A stretch of 64,000 nt of DNA from Podarcis tiliguerta (lineage: Eukaryota), in assembly GCA_965153285.1 (NCBI GenBank), contig OZ229113.1; one strand, given 5' to 3'. Below, piece by piece: positions 29,588-42,222 of this stretch; position 1 is the stretch's first letter, and every line of letters begins with the position of its first letter. Below the pieces are notes generated by a model, which made no database searches, was not told where the DNA came from, and saw only the letters and a list, made by a program, of their open reading frames with translations. Position numbers and translations under genes: made by a program.

Positions 29588-32461
29588 TACATATATGTAT
29601 TTACCTTATGACCAAACTATGCTACAGTCTCTCTTTACTGAGCATATAGGTTGTACCCAGATGTTGCACTGCCAAACATTGTAACCTTGATAATGATGCA
29701 AAAACAAATGTGTGTTCTCACACACACATACCCTGCAAATAAATCTTTTTAGGTGTGGAAATATTATTAGTAATCCAATACATTGTCACCTGTTCTTCTC
29801 TCTTTAGATGCATAAAAAAGAAGCCACTTACTCCAAAGGCTGAATTTGACTTATCTTAACCTCAGCCACCGCAGGATGTGATTGACTCTTACGAACATCT
29901 GATCACATTCATATATCCTATATTAAGCTAACTGACCTTTCCAGAATTCACTTTATGCCTCACATTTAGTAGAAAACAATTCTTGGCATGATTAATGAAC
30001 CATTCACCCCATAACTGTGAATTTTGCTCTCGCACTGCTTAATACAAACCAGAGATCAAATAAAGTCTGAAGATGGTGATTACAGAGAAGAGACAATCTG
30101 ACCTCTCCCAAATTTCAGATTTTGTATAAACTGCCTTTTTCATGCTTTCCACGATCTTAAATATATATAGCAATGTTCTTTCATATGCTGGCAATATCAT
30201 GTCTGTGGATGTTATCCTGGTCTGACTGTTAGTGCACCCTGCCATTTGAAGCACTTAATGTTGCTGGTTGTCCTGGGACTGCCCATGCTCCACCCACATG
30301 AGTTTGTGGTTCAGATTGTTGGTGTCATTAAAACAAAACAAAAACACAAATTCTGAATGCAACTTTCTCCAGCTCAGAATGTTGATTCTCTCAATTCTCT
30401 CATAAACTGTTCTCCAGATCGAATTGTAGTATGAAATGGTGCAACCTAATCTTTCCTGGTGCTTAAAAAATGGCTGCAGCAGTGGTCCAGGCACTGGTGA
30501 ACTTGGGAGTTACATGTCCCAGAGTGCTTGACATCCACAGTCTCAAGAAGGCCTAGAACAGATAGTTTAAAGGATGCCTGACAAAATAGGCTCAGTAGTC
30601 CTAGAAAGCAGCAGGCCTCAAGTTCCCCATCATCTTCAAGGTGCCAGGAAGGAAGGCCTCACAAAGAAGCTTCTGCCTTGAAATGAGCAAGTGTATTTTC
30701 AGAAAGGGAAGGGAACAGTTGATGGGGGAAAGACATTTGGATCCTTTTGCACTCACAATGGCATTATTGATAGTACAATGGAGGTATGAACTGGGAATTG
30801 TGCTCAGGAAAATGAACCTGAGCTATTTTCTAATTTAGGGATAAAACAGCTTGATTTGTCAAGCCCAAATCACTTAACTATTCATTGATGAATAGTCATG
30901 GGCAGGTGGCAGACTCAACGGATTGCTACAGCATCCAGAATAAAATCCATACTCTCCAAGTGTCCCAATTTTCCAGAGACAGTCCCAGAATTACAAAGGC
31001 CATCATGGCTTCTGATTTGATCCCAGAATGCCCCTCTTTCCCTGCCAGTGGCACCACTGCTGAGCTTGGGGAGGGAGAGGAGTCAGTACTTGTCCCAAGC
31101 GATGGCAGTGGTGGCGGCAGCTCCAAGGGAGCATCCTGTTGCCCTTCCATGGCCTCTCCATGGCCAATACGGCTGGCCTCCCCTCTTAGGCAGCTGGTAG
31201 CGGCTGGTGGAGAGTGCGCGAGAAGGAGGAGAGGCTGCGGCCACCAAGGCCCAGCCCCATGTGATGTCCCATGTGAGGTGCAGGCAGAAGGCAGGGCCGC
31301 TCTGGGCAGGAAGGAACAGGAGCGGAACGGAGAACAAGGAGTCATGATTTTTTTTTAAAAAAATGCTTTATGCATCTGCAAATGCTCTGTGGTTGGGGGG
31401 CGGGGACAACAACAAAGAGGGGGTCAGTTTGTGGGAGAGTGATAAATGTCCCTATATTCATATGAAGAATGTTGGAGGGTATGAACTTCTACTTGCCCTG
31501 CTACCTACCAATAGTTTTAGATTTCACATTTCCATTTCCCATTCAGCCTAGGAGTAAACCACAGTTTAATAGATGTATAGCGTCTATGCTTTTACTGGAG
31601 ATATGTGTTGAACAACGGGGATTGAAAAGGATGAAACAAATGGAAAAGAGGAGAAAAAAATCTGCAGAAGGGATATACTAACATAAGGAATTTTGATTGC
31701 CATTGTGGAAGACAACCATTTTTCTGTATATGTACTATTATCAGGCTGCTCAGTATATCTGAAACAGGAGTTCTGTTTGTCAGATAGGCTCATTACAGAA
31801 CACATCCTGCAGAGTTCCAGGAACGTTGCAATAGCAAGCAATGCATTAAACACCAGTGTCTGTAATGTAGGACTTAGGGCCAATTCATTAAGAAGGTACA
31901 CCACGTTCTTCACTTTATTTGTACTCCCCTCCCTGCCCCACCATTTGTTGCATTTCCATGTAACAAATTGACAATCAATATTTAATTCAATTGAAAAACA
32001 TGCTAATAGGTCTAATGGGAGACATTTAACAATATAATGCTGAGAGGCATTTGCGAACTATAAGAGACAAAAGGCATGTGAAGCACAAAGTGCTGGTAGT
32101 GCAATAATAAGATTACATCCATAGCCCTGGTTCAGCAACACAGCAACCTCTGGGCAAGTCTAAATGACATCTGTTCCATTTGTGTAATTGAGAATATGGA
32201 ACAGCGCAACACTAGGTTCTCAGTGTTTTGCTAAGTTCAGTTTCATCTTCCCATCAGTAGTGCTGGATGCTTTGGAGGCTATCAACAAGAGAAAAGGTGG
32301 ATTTGAATGATGTAACCTACAGAGGATCAGATCATGAAAATTCTTCCATTCATGCGTCACAGTCCAACATACCAGGAGTCTCTGGATCTGTGTTCTGCTG
32401 CTTGTTGAACAGATCGAAGATCCCAGGTTATGGGTCCTGTATTGCATTTACTTACAACAAT

Positions 32462-32578
32462 AGCTGCACCACCACCCAAAAATCCTGGGAACTATAATTG
32501 ACTCATCACAGAGCTACAATTCCCAGCACCCTTAGCAAAATTTAGTTCCCAGGATTTTTGGGGGGTATGGTATGTAGG
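32462..32578. mobile_element. Deleted copy of the 46208-46396 MITE family
   Basis: Perfect 20-bp inverted repeat cccaaaaatcctgggaacta (32475-32494 / 32543-32562) and shared core tcacagagYtacaattcccagcac. Confidence 0.7.
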
Positions 32579-34663
32579 TACCCTGAGACTCCAGGCACCC
32601 AGGCTTTTTCCTGGACTTTCTGCACAATACTCTGCAGTATTGGGGAACAGTGAAACTGGGAACACTATAGCAAGAGTAATGTTGGCATCAGTCTGTGTTG
32701 GGAGACATGAAAGAATGCGTATTTGGGAATAAAGTCAAACCATTGGAGAGTTACAGCACCTGCTGTGACTGTAGAGACCAATACAGGAGAGACAGGTTTT
32801 ATTGCAGCTGTGGCAAATGTCAGCATCCGTTTTTGCTGCTACAGATGTACCATGGCGTTTCCCCCCTCCCCCGTGCTCCCATTGAAGACACATCAGCTAA
32901 CTACCCTGAGACTCTAACAAGCCTGACAAAGGAATGATTGTCTGCAGCCTTAGCAATACAGTGCTGTAGATACTATAGTGTGGTATATTCCTGAATTATA
33001 CAGGGATAGTATGAAGGCCAACCCCAGCCTTAATCCATCAACCCAATCCCTAATGCCCCTTCCCACTGCCATTTAGTTAGCTAGAAGGACTCAGGAAGCA
33101 ATCTGTCACTGCTGATTGCCAGCACTCAGGGGTCTCTGCTTCCTCTAGCAGGATGCAGGCTCTACAGTGGCAGGTAGGAAGTCCTTGAACAAACACTCAT
33201 TGCTAGGGATGTTAAGATGGCACCCATTTCCATTCTGGCCCGTGTTAATTGCATGCAGCACTGTTTCCATGCCACTGCAGTTTCACTTTCGACAAAAACG
33301 AAGTTATTTGTCTCACTGTCTGCTGAATGTTATATAATTAATGATGTTACCATTACATTATTCCACACTATTCATTTCAATGCAAAGACCATTCATTTCA
33401 GCGCAAAGGAAATGGAAATGCAAAAGGAGGAGGAATAATCCATCAAATATCATTTGCAGACTGAAAACAACAGCAGCGAACACTCATCATGTTTGCTGGA
33501 TTGGTTTCCATTCCAGATATGCAATGAATGAACACCAGTCATTTCTGGTTCAGTTTCTCTTTCCGTTGGAATACTCCCTACTCACTGTTATAGAAATAGT
33601 GAAGAGGAAGGAAAGTCTGCTAGAAACTCTTATAGCAGGTAGAATGATGGAGCAAGGTGGCTCCTGGTGGCATTTATTAAATGCAGTTTTTTTAATTAAA
33701 AAGAATCATTAAATGATAAGGTATAGATAGATTGAGGGATGTTGCTGGCCATCTGGCAGGGTGGGGCGTTAAAAGTAGCAAATAAGGTGGTTCCTATTGT
33801 GATACGCAGTTGTAGGGTCACTGTGCTTGTATGAAACACCATTTCCCATTTTTCATCTGCTATAAGTCAACCATTTTTATCCTATTTATTTGAAATTATG
33901 AAAATCTTGTACTCATTACCCATAAGATCTTCCTTACCAGATTGCGAAATGATTGCTCCATAATTATAATTACAGCCCAAAGAGTGATTTGGGAATTCTC
34001 ATCCAAAATCAGTTCAGGTACATATAATCAATATGTGTAAACAACAACCGTATATCTTTGGGGATAATTTCACAGCAGCCATAAATATCTATCAACCGGG
34101 CTCACATTGCTGGGGGAAATATTAGCAGGACAGGTCATACTGTTTGCTATTTTAATTTGATACCTTTACTTGCCAAGAAACATTTTCCACTTCCAGATAA
34201 AGAATAGTATGCAAATAGGCCAGTGAGAAAAGATCAGGTGCAAGACCTTTATCCTTTTCTCACATTCCCAAAATAGTCACGGTAACTGGATTACTTTAGA
34301 ACATTGTATGTCTCTGTTTTGATGGCAGAAAAACACAACTTTAAAATCAAATCCTTTTATTTCAGTATTCACAGTGTTTGGCATCCTTTCCCATGGAAAA
34401 AGCTGGGAATCATAATTTTGGATATAATCCTGCCATCAGTGCTAGGTGAAAATGCCCTCTTTACTTTCACAGGACTAAGATATTACAGGCCTTGCTGCCA
34501 GACTGCAAGGTAACACTAGCTTCCAGTGTTTTAAATTAAATCTATACGCAGGCAATATACCCTGGGCTCAGCAGGCACACCTGACCCCCATTGTCCAGCA
34601 TTCACCAAGGTGTGCACACCAGGCATAAATCAAAGGCTGTGGATGGTACCTCAAGAGTGGGTA

Positions 34664-34998
34664 AAGGTAAAGGTAAAGGGACCCCTGACCATTAGGTCCA
34701 GTCGTGGCCGACTCTGGGGTTGCGGCGCTCATCTCGCTTTATTGGCCAAGGGAGCCGGGTCATGTGGCCAGCGTGACTAAGCCACTTCTGGCGAACCAGA
34801 GCAGCGCACGGAAACCCTGTTTACCTTCCCGCCGGAATGGTACCTATTTATCTACTTGCACTTTGACGTGCTTTCAAACTGCTAGGTTGGCAGGAGCAGG
34901 GACTGAGCAACAGGAGCTCACCCCGTTGCGGGGATTCGAACCGCCGACCTTCTGATTAGCAAGTCCTAGGCTCTGTGGTTTAACCCACAGCGCCACCC
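34664..34998 (-). mobile_element. Sauria/Squam1 SINE with 8-bp TSD
   Basis: (AAAGGT)n tail at left, reverse-complement B box ggattcgaacc, and perfect TSD AGTGGGTA at 34656-34663 and 34999-35006. Confidence 0.93.
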
Positions 34999-35019
34999 AG
35001 TGGGTAGGGAAATTTAATC

Positions 35020-35186
35020 TAGCCTACTTGCTACTGGCCAGTATATCTGCTTTGACTGGTGGTGGCTCAGGCAGAGAGCCTTTCACATCACCTGCTGCCT
35101 GATCTTGTTAACTGAAGACACCATGGAATGAACCTGGGATCTTCTACATGCAAAGCATGCACACTCTGCCCTGAGCTGTAACCCTC
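35020..35186 (-). mobile_element. Squam2-like tRNA-derived SINE, degenerate
   Basis: Reverse complement of a tRNA head (gaacctgggatcttctacatgcaaagc...ctgagct). Confidence 0.65.
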
Positions 35187-35617
35187 TCGGAGGAGTGTTT
35201 TCAGCAGTGTTATGCTTTTAACAGTGGCATAAATCGGCTGCCTACTGCACCTGTGGATGACAGGAGTCTCAGTCCAAATAAATAACTACATAACTTTGCA
35301 AAGCAATTGATATAGACTTTGAAAGTAGGGAAAACAGAGGGCGGGTGGTTTGTAGCCCTCAAAATACCAATTCATCATTAAATACACCAAATGTATGAAA
35401 AGTTAGGATGTTGTAAAATACTGGCGGATAAACTGGACCAAATGCAAATGCAGTAGCTCCGTTCAGGCATTGGCAGAGAATGGGTCAAGGGAATGCTGGG
35501 CTGCACATGCTGGTCTCACCACCAGACAGGCATATTGTGGAGGGTTGGGCTAATGCGCACAGCCCCACTGGTCCATTCATGCATTCTGAGAACAGGGCTA
35601 TTATTGTATTGGGATTA

Positions 35618-36101
35618 CAGTGGTACCTCTGGTTGCGAACGGGATCTGTTCGCAACCTGAAAGGAACACAACCCGCGTCTGTGCACACACGGGTCTCAAT
35701 TCGTCGCTTCTGCGCATGTGCTTGATGTCATTTTGTGCGTCTGCACATGCCCGAGCGGCAAAACCCAGAAGTAGTCATACCTCAGGTTAAATATGCTTCA
35801 GATTGAGCACTTTCAGGTTGTGCTCCGCAGCGACCTGGAAGTACTTCCGGGTTTCACCACTTGCACATGTGCAGACGGTCAAAATGACGTCACGCGCATG
35901 CCGGAAGAGAAAATCGCGACCCACGCACGCGCAGACACGCAGAAGCGGGTTGCGTTTGCTTCAGGATGAGAACGGGGATCCGGAACAGATCCCGTTCGTA
36001 TCCAGAGGTACCACTGTAACCCTTTCCGGTACTTCTGGGTCGCCGCAGGACGCAACCTGAAAAGACTTAACCTGAAGCAAACATAACAAGAAGTATGACT
36101 G
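35618..36101 (+). mobile_element. Tigger-like MITE (outer copy), split by a nested copy
   Basis: TA|CAGTGGTACCTC ... GTATGACTG|TA, interrupted at an internal TA (35772-35773, duplicated at 36017-36018). Confidence 0.88.
35774..36016 (-). mobile_element. Tigger-like MITE (inner copy, inverted)
   Basis: Begins gtcatacctc (terminal CA missing), ends gaggtaccactg|TA, and its reverse complement is collinear with the outer copy. Confidence 0.88.
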
Positions 36102-37296
36102 TAATTCCTTTAGATGTGCACATACAAACATATTTCTTTGTATGAAGCATTGTTTTAAAAAATCACTAAAAACAAATCCTAGGAGTTGTTATTAACTGCT
36201 CTTGATTACGCTAACCTGGTGTGTTATATTTATCTTCATGTATGTGTGATGCCTGTTCTGTATTCTGCTCACCAGTGAAATAGAACAACACTACTCTGTT
36301 GGGCAAGATTCATTCCACCCAGGTAAGATATAAGTTCTTGAGCTGAAGCCTTAAAATAAGATCTAAGGAGCACAGGGTCTTTCCCTTATCTTACATACCA
36401 ACTTTAAACAGTATTTCAAAGGCTCCTGCTGAGTTTAAGTCTTGCTGGTGAAGGGTGAATTGCAGTTATTTATTAAGCGGTTTGATGCCAAAGAGGTGAA
36501 TATGAGTCTGCTCTTGGTATTGTAAGTTACGAATGCCCTTTCTGTTATTTTCCTCAGTGACTTTTATAGAAAGTTATTGAAGGAGCAGAACAATCATATT
36601 CCTTTGTGCTATCCTGAATACTGATTTTGGTTGTAGGCATTGCAGTGATTGCAATCTTCAAGTTACAAAATGTATGAGACAGCATTTTGCATTGGCTTCT
36701 AGATATGCTGATCAGATATAAATATACAGGACAGGGTTCCTGTATTTTTAATAATTATACAGAAGAGCAGATGTTGGCAGGTGTGGATTCTCATGCATGA
36801 ACACCTAGGCTTCAACAGGAGTCTGTCTTTTGGTTGAAATGGGTCTGACTGCCAGGGGTGCATCACTGAGCAAAAGCGTCTGACCAAATGAACAAATTTT
36901 AAAAAGTCTGCATTTGCTAAAATTCTCTTTTCTATGTACCTATTAGATGGTCTAGGGCAAGGTTCCCCAATGTTTTGAGGGCCAAGGAACACATTTGGAA
37001 ATCTAAAAAAAAGTTGTGGGCACTGCAATAACAACCAATGATGCTCAGAACACCATACAAAAACACAAATAAGAAAGAAGGCAATCCCACCCAAAAAACA
37101 GCAGGAAACCACCACCCCAATAACAAAAACAAACCCCAAACACTTTAAATAAACAATTTAGAGGGGCTACAGAGTATCTGTGGGTGCCATGATGCTCAAC
37201 GGCACAGTGTTGGGGACTCCAGGTACAAGAGTCCATCCTCGCTTGCCACCTTATTCCTAGCCACTTCTGTCAGATAAGGCAAACTTGGAACTAGTA

Positions 37297-37500
37297 CGGG
37301 AGCTGTACTGCATGCAAAAGGCCCCAGATTGAATCTCCATGCATTTCCACAATAAGGAAGGAAGGAAGACACCTTCTAGAGGCAGATGTAATAAAAGCTT
37401 CTTCCTGAAATAATGGACAGTCACTGCCAGTTAAGGATGCAACAATACAGCACTAAATTAACTTGTGGGCAGATTTGGTTTAAGGTAGCTTCATACATTT
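37297..37500 (+). mobile_element. Squam2-like SINE, degenerate
   Basis: tgcatgcaaaaggccccag...cctgaaa...ctgccagt...taaggtagcttc, similar to the 40203 and 42047 copies. Confidence 0.55.
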
Positions 37501-38509
37501 ATATATGCTAGTAGGAAACAAAGAAGAAAAAGATAACCTCTGCATTGTATAGATACCAGTATGTATCAATATTTATTAGAAATAGGACCCAAACCCACAT
37601 TTCCCAAAAGTTGCAGTCCTCTTTCCAATGAATAATCAGCCAGAGTCATCATGACCTCCTGTGACTGACTCTTCTCACGCCCATTTTTTCTTGTTTATTC
37701 ACCCCATCCACCCTTCTCCTTCCTTGAAAAATGCTTGCTTCAAATACAAAGACATTGTTCTAAACACTGTCTGTTGGAAGCACGCCTACTGCAAGAGGAC
37801 TGAAACCCTTCTCCCAGAAAACCTGTAGATATAAGCTTCCCAAGAACTAGGCTATGGAAGCCGGGACTGGAGAACTCACTGTGGGCAGTTCCTGGCAGGC
37901 TGCTTGCACACTGTGTGAAACAGAGATAGGAGACAAGTGAAGCAGCATCATTTCAGTGCTTTGCCATTGCCAAACGCTGCTTTATGCTTTTTCAATAAAT
38001 GTCATTTGGGGACCTTGTTTAGGGATCATCACACATTACACCGAACACAAGCGTGTGGGGGGGGGGGAGTGTACACTTGCTCATTTGTACAGTTTAGCAA
38101 TTTGTATACACAGGCCCACTGATGGTACACTTGATGAACATTACATTACAACTCAACTAATTGTGTATGCAGGCACACACACATACTGTACCCTCATTGG
38201 CTGTAACATGTGAACACCCCTATCATGACTGGTGGGGAGCCTGTGGGAGAACCGGAGTTCCCCCTAAATGATATTCTTATGCTAAAAAAAAAAAAAAAAG
38301 ATTGCTGGGGGAGCACATCCATCTCAGGAAGATTATGCCAGTGTAGATCCTGCTATAGCACCACCTGTCTCAGCTGTATCTTAGCACTGCATTCTGTATC
38401 TATAGATAATCAACATGAGCTTAACCAAACAGAACTGATTCTTCACGATAAACAGTCACACATGCAGCCACACACAAAGCCACCCCTGGCCAGTGCATGG
38501 CACTGAAGC

Positions 38510-38768
38510 AAGAAGAAGAAGAAGAAGGAGAGTTTGGACTTGATATCCCGCCTTTCACTCCCTTCAGGAGTCTCAAAGCGGCTAACATTCTCCTTTCCCT
38601 TCCTCCCCCACAACAAACACTCTGTGAGGTGAATGAGGCTAAGAGACTTCAAAGAAGTGTGACTGGCCCAAGGTCACCCAGCAGCTGCATGTGGAGGAGC
38701 GGAGACGTGAACCTGGTTCCCCAGATTACGAGTCTATCGCTCTTAACCACTACACCACACTGGCTCTC
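38510..38768 (-). mobile_element. Squam3-type tRNA/CORE SINE with (TTC)n tail
   Basis: Minus strand reads gagagccagtgtggtgtagtggttaagag...ggtgaccttgggccagtcac (CORE-like)...gccgctttgagactcc...(ttc)n. Confidence 0.85.
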
Positions 38769-39937
38769 AAGACCCACTCCATTTCCTGATTAGTTACACA
38801 CAGTTGCTAGCAACATCCTTTTTTCTCCCTCTTCTTGTGGACAGAAAAGGAGACTCCCTCATTTCACAAGTTCAGTTTTAAACCATCTGAGAAGGTGGTA
38901 ACCATCTTGAAAGGAGCTGAAGGGTTGCATTTTTAAATAATGTCTTTGCAGTGGATAGAGGGTCATACATTAATGTGGCATTTTCTACCCAGAACCATTG
39001 CTATGGAAATAATGAAAATCATTTGGTTCCCCAGAGCCTTTGGCTCACAAAACGGAATGATGGCCTCCACTTTGAATGTTGGTGGGGAAAGCATGACTGG
39101 CTTGTCAGATCTCTGTGGGAAACCCTCTTTGGAAGAACACAGATTTCATGTTGCTGAATCAGTAGTTGGCACTTTTCTTGAAATCAGGTCACCCTTGCAT
39201 CATGAAAGAGATAGCGCATCCTTGCAGAAACTATTCTGTGTATCTGTATAAGATTTTCAGGCCCTATTAATCTGGCATATATTAGAGCAAACATTTGTGC
39301 CTGGAAAAATAGGCTAACTCGTGCCTGTGTTCAGACACATGCATATAATGTTTTATAATATGAATTCACTGAAGAACATTTTATGTTCCTTTATAGGGAA
39401 CTAGGTTTTTTTTTTTAAAGGAAAATAGATACACACTGCTCAAACTTCCTGCAACAAATCCCCATTTTATCCTCACAATAACCCTGTGCGGAAGGTTAGA
39501 CTGAGAGACAATGGCGCCTAAGGCACAGGCACTGCAATGGGCTCTTACAGAAAATGGAAAGTCAATGTATGCTTCTTGTCTAGTTTCTTCCCCTCTAGTT
39601 GTTACTCAGACTTTGGAGTTCCAGGAAATTGACCAAACATTTTAGGGTGGGGAGGGATAGCAATATAGAAGGCATGCACAGTCCTACCATTTCCCAGAAT
39701 TCCCTGAAGGTCTGCCTGCACGGCAGTAAAGCAGGCAAAGATTAGCTCTTTTCCCTTGGATGAACAAGCAGCTTGGAATAAGGACACTTCACATGTTTCC
39801 TCCATGCAAATTATCTCCTTTGTTTTCCTTCATGGAGATGATCTGTGTGTAGGAAATAGTGATTTACAGTACTGTACAAGCTGCAGCATATTTTTTAATG
39901 CTTCAGGTAGATGAATTAGCAGTCCAAGCTTACACAT

Positions 39938-39940
<3 letters not shown>

Positions 39941-39986
<46 letters not shown>
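39941..39986. repeat. (AG)23 microsatellite
   Basis: Directly visible. Confidence 0.97.
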
Positions 39987-39989
<3 letters not shown>

Positions 39990-40202
39990 GAGCACTAATC
40001 AAGGGCGGGGGGTGGCAACAGATCATTCCAGGTGAAATGCATATACCCCTTGTGTGATTTTCTTCAGCACACTAAGCAAAGTGACTGGGCACATTTAAGT
40101 CATCTCTTTTGCTTCAGCCAAAGTGGAAACTGGAGCAATAAGCAAAGTGATACCAGATTGCAGAGACCCAGGGAGCAATAATGCAGTCCTGTGTTTTGCT
40201 TG

Positions 40203-40393
40203 GGAAGGAAGCTGTCACTCAGTAGTAGAGTGCACACATGCAATAAGTCCCAGGTTTGATCTCTGGCATCTCCAGGTAGGGATTGGAAACACTCCTGTGT
40301 GATACCCTACAGAGCAGCTGATAGTCAAGATAGACAATATTGAGCTAGGTTGACTCATCATTTGACTCATCAGCAGAAAGTTTCCTGTGTTCT
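40203..40393 (+). mobile_element. Squam2-like tRNA-derived SINE
   Basis: ctcagtagtagag...tcccaggtttgatctctggcatctccaggtaggg...tagacaatattgagctag. Confidence 0.75.
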
Positions 40394-41586
40394 TCTGTAG
40401 GATCACTGGAGGAGAGACAGGAGGGACAGAATAACAATGCAGAATAGGTAACAGCTTTAACTGTTCTCCATGGAGCTTGGTGAGTAACTGGGAAATGGTG
40501 CTTTTCTTTTTCTTCTTGCTTCAGATCAATTCACCAACTCCTGTTGAGAGTACAATCTCCCGTAGTCAACCCAGTGCCTCCAGCTGGTGACAGATCGGCT
40601 GCTATCAACACCATTGTTGTTTTGACCTGGTGCAACATTACATCAAGGCAAAGGATGGATCCAGTCCAGATTTCATGAATAGAATCTGGTGTAGGGTGAC
40701 CACCGCCTTGCCCACCCCCAACCACACTCCAATCTCCACCCTCTAAGTCCTCTAACCTATGCCAGAGTTGTCTTGTAGCTGCCTACCATCCTGGCACTAC
40801 AGCCACACACTGTTAAAGTAACTTTGTGTTCCATTGGCACAGATCCCATCCCACCCATCAGATGTTCCTGAAAGTTGGATGGGATCATACTGTGGGTGTA
40901 TGGTGGTTTCACCAACAGCAACAAACACTGCTGAGAAGAGACTGAGACAAGCATCTAGGCAAAGGTGTCAAGGGTTTGGGCCTTTTTAAAATATATTTGG
41001 AAACGTTGCAAGCAAGGAACATTGTGCTTGTCTTGCCTTTCTATTTTTGGCGAGAGTTGTTCAGCCAAAGGCCTCCTACACTTCAGCCTGTTCTATTCCT
41101 GTTTAGTTCTGAGATATTTTAAAATTATATAAAGCCACAGGGAGGTGTTAGATAATGAATTTAGGAGTAGAATGCCACATCTGCAGAACACCAGGTCAGA
41201 GTTTACTACATAGTCTCATGAGCACCATGAAGGAAGGAGCCACTTTAAAAAGTTGCATTGCTGCCACTAAAATGGAATCCTAAGTGAGGCAGGGAAATGT
41301 AATTTTACAAAGTAAAAATCCATCTGTTGGACCTACAGTGTAATCCTGAGCATCCTTACTCAGAAGCAAGTCCCACTAAGTTCAATGGGAATTGTAACCC
41401 CCTATGTACAATGACTTAGGCAAGCGTTCTCTTTCCAACAGCAGCTAGCAACCCACCTACTTTTCACACACCCGCACACAAATACAGACCAAAAATTCAG
41501 ATATGGATCTGTGCTTCTTTAGGAGGTTCAGAAAGGTTTTGAAAGGCTTCAAGATACTACGCAAAGTGACATTAATACGTATCAGT

Positions 41587-41981
41587 AAGGATGGAGGAAT
41601 CAGTCAATTTCAGTTTTTCATTCTCACGTTCAATTCACCATAATTCCAAATCAGTTTACAATTAAAAAAAGCTCTCACAAGAATTTGGCATTTTAGCTGA
41701 CATTTCTCTTAACATTTTTGCGTGCAATTTTGTGCAATACAGTATACACGTATTTTTCAAGCACTGTCCCACTAACACAATGCATTTTTGTGTGTAGTTT
41801 TCATTAATATATGCATTTTTATGCACTCTTTTCTCATCTATGTGCACTTTTGGTCACATTTTTTGGTTAGAAAAGTGCAGAATTGGAAGGATTTCTATGT
41901 TTAGGATTGGATACTGTTTCAGGAAGAGTGAATTTGATAGATTCACTTTAAAAAAGGAACCCATGGTTTCTGCCTCTTCCT
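41587..41981. mobile_element. Old AT-rich non-autonomous DNA transposon remnant
   Basis: Repeated (a)tgcatttt-like motifs and ends taaggatggagg / cctcttcctt. A related fragment lies at ~59700-59860. Confidence 0.45.
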
Positions 41982-42046
41982 TGTGTGTCATATATGCCCT
42001 CAGCTTGTGTTGAATAGGTTTATCAGAGAAGGGGACAGTGGTGCTG

Positions 42047-42222
42047 GGAACATAGGTACAAGTCAGACCCTTGGTCCATTGAGTTTGGTGCTGCCTACTG
42101 ATAGTGGCTCTCCAGGGTGTCAGACAGGAGCTTCTCCCAGACCAATCTGGAGACATGAGAGATTGAGCCTGAGGCCTTCTGCATGTGAAGAAGATGTTCT
42201 ACCACTGAGCTATGTCCTCCCC
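42047..42222 (-). mobile_element. Squam2-like tRNA-derived SINE
   Basis: Reverse complement of the same family (ctaccactgagctat head; gtcagacccttggtccat; ggaacatagg tail). Confidence 0.75.

Noticed and set aside
30885-31358. 157-aa ORF in a GC-rich patch
   Set aside because: Low-complexity translation, open on both strands because of GC content. Probably a TE-derived remnant.
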